A stretch of 64,000 bases of DNA from assembly GCA_038141925.1 (NCBI GenBank), contig JAYQJB010000002.1, positions 291,568 to 355,567 on the forward strand. The letters are read 5' to 3'. Shown here piece after piece: positions 57,978 to 64,000 of this stretch. The DNA comes from Gammaproteobacteria bacterium (GTDB lineage Bacteria > Pseudomonadota > Gammaproteobacteria > Magnimaribacterales > AG-339-G14). The notes beneath the pieces were generated by a model. The model was not told the DNA's origin and ran no database searches. It was given only the letters and a program-made list of their open reading frames with translations. The first letter of the stretch is position 1. The number at the start of each line of letters is the position of its first letter. The translations under genes were made by a program, and so were the position numbers.

Positions 57978-59240
57978 ATGAGTGCAAAAACATCCCTTTC
58001 AGAGTTAGATTTAATCTGCAAACAAGCTCAAGAAGCAAAGATTGAATTAAGGAGATCTTCGAAAGCAAAAAAAAATGACGCGCTAAAATATGCTGCTGAG
58101 TTTTTGTTGAAGAACAAAGCAAAGCTAATAGATGCAAATACTATTGATATGGAATTGGCCAGTCAGAAAGACTTACAAGATTCATTTGTTGATCGACTTG
58201 AGCTGAATGAAAAAAGAATAGATTCAATGATTTCTGGATTAGATAAAGTCATAAATTTAGATGATCCAGTAGGTCAAACCGAGCACCCCCACACTTCGCC
58301 ATCTGGTTTCGAAGTATCAAAAATGCGCGTTCCTCTTGGTGTGATAGGGATAATTTATGAATCCCGCCCAAATGTTACAGCGGACGCATCTGCATTGTGC
58401 TTGAAGTCTGGCAATGCATGTATCTTAAGAGGAGGATCTGAAGCAGCAAATTCTAATGCTGTAATTGAAGAGTGCATGCAAGATGGTTTGGATAAAGCAT
58501 CATTGCCTAAATATTCTATCCAGCTTATAAAAAATCAAGACAGAAAGCTTGTAGGAGAAATGATTAAGCGGGAAGGAGATATTGATTTATTAATCCCTAG
58601 GGGCGGAAAAAGTTTAATAAAAGTTGTTTCAGATGAAGCCAAAATTCCTGTACTCAAACACTATGAAGGTTTGTGTCATGTCTTCATCGATAAAGACGCT
58701 GATTTAAAAAAAGCCATAGAAATATCCGTAAACGCAAAAACATATCGTTATGGAATCTGCGGAACGATGGAGACTTTGTTAACTTCAGAAGAGGTAGCAG
58801 CAAAAGTTTTACCAGAGATTAAAGCCGAATTAGATAAGTTGGGCGTAGAAATAAGAGGTTGTGAAAAAACTAAAAAGGTTATAGATGTTAAATCTGCTTC
58901 AGATGCAGATTGGATTACGGAGTATCTTGCCCCAATCCTTTCTGTGAAAGTTGTTACAGATCTTCAATCAGCAATCTCACATATAAATATGTATGGCTCT
59001 GGCCACACCGACTCAATTGTTTCTGAGAATTTGTCGGCGGTAGAAACTTTTTTCAATGAAGTAGACTCTTCTTCGGTTATGCATAATCTTCCGACTTGTT
59101 ATGCAGATGGATTTGAGTATGGGCTTGGAGCGGAAGTGGGAATATCCACAGATAAGTTGCATGCTAGAGGGCCTGTGGGATTGGAAGGCTTAACAAGTCA
59201 GAAATTTGTAATTAAAGGCCAAGGACAACTTAGATCTTAA
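57978..59240 (+). CDS. proA: Gamma-glutamyl phosphate reductase
   Basis: 420 aa; PLGVIGIIYESRPNVT, CNAMETLL-type catalytic Cys (ICGTMETLL), and GSGHTDSIV. Confidence 0.9.
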   Translation: MSAKTSLSELDLICKQAQEAKIELRRSSKAKKNDALKYAAEFLLKNKAKLIDANTIDMELASQKDLQDSFVDRLELNEKRIDSMISGLDKVINLDDPVGQTEHPHTSPSGFEVSKMRVPLGVIGIIYESRPNVTADASALCLKSGNACILRGGSEAANSNAVIEECMQDGLDKASLPKYSIQLIKNQDRKLVGEMIKREGDIDLLIPRGGKSLIKVVSDEAKIPVLKHYEGLCHVFIDKDADLKKAIEISVNAKTYRYGICGTMETLLTSEEVAAKVLPEIKAELDKLGVEIRGCEKTKKVIDVKSASDADWITEYLAPILSVKVVTDLQSAISHINMYGSGHTDSIVSENLSAVETFFNEVDSSSVMHNLPTCYADGFEYGLGAEVGISTDKLHARGPVGLEGLTSQKFVIKGQGQLRS

Positions 59241-59870
59241 TTGATGATAAAAAGATTGGGCATCTTTGGTGGAGCGTTTGATCCAGTTCATAAAGGTCAC
59301 ACGCAATCTCTAAAATACATCAATGATCTAAAAATTATTGACGAAATCCAAGTTATTCCAAATTATGCATCGCCGCACAACAAGGATATTCAAACTGACG
59401 AGAAGCATCGTCTAAAAATGCTGGAAATCGCATTTAAAGAGATAAAAAATATTAAGCTGAACCATATTGAATTAAAAAATAAAACCAAATCCTTTACTTA
59501 CGAAACGCTTAAATGCCTGAAAGATATTTATCCCGAACAACATCTATCTCTAATTATAGGTTTGGATTCTTTACATAGCTTTACGACTTGGAAAAATTGG
59601 GAAAACATTCTTTCTTTGTGTTCGCTTTTAGTCTTGGAAAGAAAATTGAATGATGGTTTGGGGCTCAATAAGGAGTTAGAAAGTAAAATATCACCTGATT
59701 ATGATGATTTTTTCTCAGGTCATGGAAAAATTCTCATTTTAAAAAACGACTTGATAAACATATCCTCAACAGACGTTAGACTTAAAATCAAGAACAATGA
59801 AAACCTAACAGACATGGTTGATGATCAAGTATTGGAATACATCTCAAAAAAATCTCTTTACAAAATTTAA
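59241..59870 (+). CDS. nadD: Nicotinate-nucleotide adenylyltransferase
   Basis: GIFGGAFDPVHKGH motif and ISSTDVR near the C-terminus; the start is TTG 59241 or ATG 59244. Confidence 0.85.
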   Translation: MMIKRLGIFGGAFDPVHKGHTQSLKYINDLKIIDEIQVIPNYASPHNKDIQTDEKHRLKMLEIAFKEIKNIKLNHIELKNKTKSFTYETLKCLKDIYPEQHLSLIIGLDSLHSFTTWKNWENILSLCSLLVLERKLNDGLGLNKELESKISPDYDDFFSGHGKILILKNDLINISSTDVRLKIKNNENLTDMVDDQVLEYISKKSLYKI

Positions 59871-60197
59871 ATGCCCAAAAAATCAAAAAAAATTATTCAA
59901 AATAGTTTAGAGGAGATAAAGGCGCAAAATACAATTTTTTTAGATCTATCAAAATTAAACAGTTTTACAGACTTTTTAGTCATAACATCAGGAACTTCTT
60001 CCCGTCACATGTCGGCTATAAAAGATAAATTATTAGAAGACTTGAAAAGTAATAAAATATCAATCAGTGGCGTTGAGGGCCAAAATTCTAGTGAATGGAT
60101 CCTTTTGGACTTAGGAGATTTTGTCATAAACATTATGTCTAAGGACTCAAGAGCATTATATGATTTGGAAAGTCTTTGGGATCCAGCCTTGAATTGA
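59871..60197 (+). CDS. rsfS: Ribosomal silencing factor RsfS
   Basis: 108 aa; FTDFLVITSGTSSRHMSAI and WILLDLGDFVINIM are typical of RsfS/YbeB; nadD-rsfS synteny. Confidence 0.8.
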   Translation: MPKKSKKIIQNSLEEIKAQNTIFLDLSKLNSFTDFLVITSGTSSRHMSAIKDKLLEDLKSNKISISGVEGQNSSEWILLDLGDFVINIMSKDSRALYDLESLWDPALN

Positions 60198-60198
60198 A

Positions 60199-62025
60199 AT
60201 GAACAATTTTTCTAGAGAAAGATTCAAAACAGGAGAAGAATATTCTAGGGCTTTATTTTTTTTATCACCTTTTATTTTTCTCTTTTCCATATCACTTTTT
60301 CAAGTTTTGAACTTAACTCTATTTCAAGGGGATAAATATCAAACAATAGCCGAGTCAAATAGGATTTATCAAAAACCCATAAGTCCTGTAAGAGGCTTCA
60401 TCTATGACAGAAATGGGACTTTGTTAGCAGAAAATATTGTCCAGAGAGATCTTTATGTCACCCCAGCCTATATCGAAGATTCTGCTAAAACCATTTTAAC
60501 GTTATCAAATTTATTAGATATGCCCTATGAACTTTTGGAAGAAAATTTCTTAAGGGGTGTAAAAAAAGTAAAGAAATTTGATTCTTTTCCTTTGGTGAAG
60601 GCTCTTAATGAAGAACAGATCGCTAAAGCCAAAGTAAACTTAGATTCAATTCCTGGTATCGAAGTAAAAGCTACTTTAAAAAGGTATGTTCTCCATGAAG
60701 AGACTTTGGCGCACGTGTTAGGTTACGTCGGAGATATTTCGTCCGATGATATCAGTAGAGACAAGCTATTAGCAGAACTACAAAATACTCAAATTGGAAA
60801 AACAGGTATTGAAAAAGAGTTTGATAACGTTTTAAGAGGTAAACCTGGCATTCAAACTCAAGAAAGAGATGTTAAAGGAAAATTAGTGAGGATTTTAGAT
60901 ACTCAAGGAGCAGAAGACGGTAAAGATATTTACTTAACAATTGATCAAAAATTACAAGATCATCTATTTCAGCTTTTTGAAAACAGAAGAGGAGCACTAG
61001 TCGCCTTAGAGCCAAAAACTGGCTTGGTTAGAGCTTTAATTAGCTCTCCCTCATTCAATCCAAATATATTAAATTCAATTGTGGATACCGATGAGGTAGA
61101 GAGTTTATTCTCAAATAAAGAAAGCCCAATTTTTAATAGAGCCATTTCTGGGCAATACCCTCCTGCATCAACTTTGAAGCCTTTTGTAGGTCTTGCTGCA
61201 ATAGAAAACGAAGTAATCAGTTGGGCTAAAAAAATTAAAGACGATGGTGAATTTTATGTCGAGGGAGATCCAAGGCCTTACCGCGGCTGGAAAGAGAATG
61301 GACATGGGAGAGTAGACATGAGGAAAGCGATTGCAGAATCCTCTGATGTATATTTTTATACCATCGCTTTTGACTTAACCTTGTCAGGAATGAGGCCAAT
61401 GCTTGACAGTTTTGGATTTGGAAAAAAAACAGGCCTAACTGACTTTGAAGCCAGCGGTCTTCTTCCTGATAAAAAATGGAAGTTAGGTTACAAAGGAGAT
61501 TTTTGGTTCAAAGGCGACACAATAAACTTAGGAATAGGGCAAGGTTATATTTTAGCCACACCACTTCAATTAGCTATGGCTTATTCAGGTCTAGCTAACA
61601 AAGGAGTAATTTATCAGCCTCAATTTATACAGCCGGAAGATGAAAAATCTTTTGAACCAAAAAAAGTGGCTGAAATACAACTTTCTGAAAATAAATCTTG
61701 GGAAAAAATGGAACAAGCTCTAGTTGATGTGATTTCTGCAAGAAATGGAACAGCCCATAAAGTTTTTGATGCCAATTCAGCTGTTATTGCAGGTAAAACA
61801 GGTACTGCACAAATCAAAAGTATTCTTCCGGGTAAAGAATATGACGCAATTCGTGAAAATCCCGCATTACGAGATCATGCTCTTTTCGTTGGCTATGGGC
61901 CAGTAGAAGATCCAAAACTAGTTGTAGCAGTCATCATAGAAAACGGCGAATCAGGAAGTGAAGTTGCAGCCCCGATTGTTAAATCTGCAATAAATTTTTA
62001 CACAGGAGGATTTGATGCAGAATAA
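60199..62025 (+). CDS. mrdA: Penicillin-binding protein 2 (elongasome transpeptidase)
   Basis: 608 aa; SxxK (ASTLKP), SSD-type (AESSDVYF) and KTGTAQ motifs. Confidence 0.9.
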   Translation: MNNFSRERFKTGEEYSRALFFLSPFIFLFSISLFQVLNLTLFQGDKYQTIAESNRIYQKPISPVRGFIYDRNGTLLAENIVQRDLYVTPAYIEDSAKTILTLSNLLDMPYELLEENFLRGVKKVKKFDSFPLVKALNEEQIAKAKVNLDSIPGIEVKATLKRYVLHEETLAHVLGYVGDISSDDISRDKLLAELQNTQIGKTGIEKEFDNVLRGKPGIQTQERDVKGKLVRILDTQGAEDGKDIYLTIDQKLQDHLFQLFENRRGALVALEPKTGLVRALISSPSFNPNILNSIVDTDEVESLFSNKESPIFNRAISGQYPPASTLKPFVGLAAIENEVISWAKKIKDDGEFYVEGDPRPYRGWKENGHGRVDMRKAIAESSDVYFYTIAFDLTLSGMRPMLDSFGFGKKTGLTDFEASGLLPDKKWKLGYKGDFWFKGDTINLGIGQGYILATPLQLAMAYSGLANKGVIYQPQFIQPEDEKSFEPKKVAEIQLSENKSWEKMEQALVDVISARNGTAHKVFDANSAVIAGKTGTAQIKSILPGKEYDAIRENPALRDHALFVGYGPVEDPKLVVAVIIENGESGSEVAAPIVKSAINFYTGGFDAE

Positions 62026-63114
62026 GCCATTAAGTTTTTCAGTAGATATCAGATTAAATCAAAGGAGAAATTTATTAAATTTTGATTATTCTATTGTTCT
62101 TACGGTTTTTCTTTTGGGTCTTTTTGGTTTGGCCATGATTTATAGCGCTAGTGGATCCTTTACTTTGGTTTTAAGGCAAGCAATGTACTTTTTCTTGGCG
62201 TAATTCTGATGATTACAGCAGCAATGTCTAATTTTAGAAAAATGGAACCTATTTATTTGAATGCAGTCTGGATAGGTTTTTTTTTTTTGGTTTTAGTTTT
62301 AATTTTGCCTAATTCTGGAACCACGAATCGATGGATAAATTTGGGCTTTATTGGGTTTCAACCTTCCGAGCTAATGAGGTTTTTATTACCTATTTCTGCA
62401 GCAGCATATTTAACACGAAATCCACAGATAAAATTATCCGACTGGATAATTGTTCTGGTTACGACATTGGTAGCCTTTATTTTAGTTTTCCTTCAGCCAG
62501 ATTTTGGTACTTCAGCGATAGTTTTGCTCTCTGGAATAATGCCAATAATTTTATCTGGCCTACCTTGGAGATTTATTATTTATAGTTTCTTAGGGGGTAT
62601 TGGAACTCTTCCTTTCTTATGGATGAGCTTGATGGATTATCAAAAAGAGAGGATTTATACTTTTATTAGTCCTCAAGCTGATGCTTTAGGTTCCGGATGG
62701 AATATTGCCCAATCAAAGATTGCCATCGGATCTGGGCAATTTTTTGGAAAGGGCTATATGGAAGGAAGTCAAAGTCAACTGGATTTTATCCCCGAAAGCC
62801 ATACCGATTTCATTTTTGCAGTAATTGTTGAGGAGTTTGGATTTTTAGGCGCTCTTGGGCTTTTTCTTCTTTATGCTTTTTTAATTCATCGTCTCTTATA
62901 CGTTGCTAAAAGTAGTAATTCCAAATTTGCAAAATTGGTCTCAGCGACGCTTTCAATTATTTTGGCTGCCTACATAACATTAAACATTTCAATGGTAGTT
63001 GGCATCTTTCCTGTGGTAGGCATGCCTTTGCCATTCATCAGTCAAGGCGGAACAGCATTGGTGGTTAATATGATTACTATCGGTATAATTTTATCTTTAA
63101 GGAGAACGACTTGA
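62012..63114 (+). CDS. rodA: SEDS peptidoglycan polymerase RodA; frameshifted
   Basis: Fragments 62012-62203 and 62209-63114 (FQPSELMRF, PESHTDFIFA, PFISQGGTA) join as ...YFFLGVILMITAAM with a 1-nt correction at the T5 run 62189-62193. Confidence 0.9.
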
Positions 63115-64000
63115 AAAAAATAAGTTTGCTTTTGCTTTTAGTTTTTTTTGTGCCTCTAATCCATATGGATTATTCAAAAAGTTATGAAACATTGTCTTTC
63201 ATAGATGAAATGGTTTCCAAACATAAATTTGAAAAATCTTATTTGGTAGAAATTTTCAAAAGTGCTGAGAAAAGAGAAAAAATAATCGATTCCATGAATA
63301 GACCCGCAGAAAAGAAATTTTCATGGGTTCAATACAAATCCAGATTAATTTCGCCTATAAGAATAATCAATGGAGTAAGTTTTCTGCAGAGATTTTTACC
63401 TGAGTTTGAAAAAGCAGAAAAAGAATTTGGGGTTCCTAAAGAAATTATTGCAGCTATTGTCGGCATTGAATCCAGTTATGGTTCAATTACTGGCAGGGAA
63501 AGAGTAATAGATTCGCTGTCGACTCTTGCCTTTGATTATCCGAGACGAAGCAAATTTTTTACTAAGCAACTAGAGCATTTTCTCCTGCTTACTAGAGAAG
63601 AAAAACTTGATCCTATGGTTATGAAAGGATCATATGCTGGAGCTATGGGCTATGGCCAATTTATTCCAAGCTCTTATCGATCTTATGCAATTGATTTTGA
63701 TGACGACGGAATAAGAAATATTGTTACAAACCCAATTGATGCAATTGGTAGCGTTGCAAATTATCTGAGTAAGCATGGCTGGGAAAGAAATGCCACCATA
63801 GCAGAGGCTCTCACAAAAAATGATGTGAACTCAAACTTCAAGACATCATTATCATTAAAAGAGCCAGATGCTTTGGAACTGGCATCTAAGATCAATTTAC
63901 CAAATAAAAAATACTTACAAATAAATTTTGAAGATAAAGAATTTTGGTTGGGCCATAAAAATTTATATGTCTTATCGCGTTATAATAGAAGCTCTTTTTA
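63111..64000 (+). CDS. mltB: Lytic murein transglycosylase B family (MltB/SltB1-like), 3'-partial at the window edge
   Basis: Hand translation from TTG 63111 stays open to 64000: signal-like MKKISLLLLLVFFVPL, then GIESSYG (catalytic Glu context), GSYAGAMGYGQFIPSSY and DDDG; follows rodA as sltB1 does in Pseudomonas. Confidence 0.75.
   Translation, partial: MKKISLLLLLVFFVPLIHMDYSKSYETLSFIDEMVSKHKFEKSYLVEIFKSAEKREKIIDSMNRPAEKKFSWVQYKSRLISPIRIINGVSFLQRFLPEFEKAEKEFGVPKEIIAAIVGIESSYGSITGRERVIDSLSTLAFDYPRRSKFFTKQLEHFLLLTREEKLDPMVMKGSYAGAMGYGQFIPSSYRSYAIDFDDDGIRNIVTNPIDAIGSVANYLSKHGWERNATIAEALTKNDVNSNFKTSLSLKEPDALELASKINLPNKKYLQINFEDKEFWLGHKNLYVLSRYNRSSF

Overview
AT-rich, very gene-dense window of about 60 genes with almost no intergenic DNA. 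Many start/stop overlaps are of the ATGA or TAATG type. Gene order is typical of a gammaproteobacterium and matches Pseudomonas-type blocks: polA/engB/cytochrome c4/dsbA; HAD-xerC-DUF484-dapF-lysA-lptM; metK/tkt-pgk-fba; ubiE-ubiB-hisE-tatABC; miaB-phoH-ybeY-corC; proA-nadD-rsfS-mrdA-rodA-mltB. A streamlined marine picoplankton lineage (SAR86-like) is only a guess from composition and compaction. I see no CRISPR array, IS element, prophage, rRNA or obvious defence island. The only RNA gene is tRNA-Arg(CCG).

The most striking property is technical or evolutionary. At least 14 conserved genes are broken by 1-nt frameshifts, most of them at or next to mononucleotide runs. Two more genes (argD, carotenoid oxygenase) carry single in-frame stop codons. 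Full-length genes had to be rebuilt by reading across ORF-track fragments.

The most system-like accessory content is a translationally coupled triad downstream of dsbA: CitE-like lyase, MaoC hydratase and family III CoA-transferase. This is the domain set of itaconate / C5-dicarboxylate-CoA pathways. Other items worth a second look:
- an RmuC ORF running without a stop into a signal-peptide SNase nuclease
- a carotenoid-cleavage-oxygenase homolog
- two unannotated mini-ORFs in the 5' leader region
- losses of ubiJ, hisI, rlmH and gap/epd from otherwise conserved blocks
- thiC without a recognisable THI-box

I did not find a convincing, clearly novel multi-gene system. The findings are ranked candidates, not discoveries.
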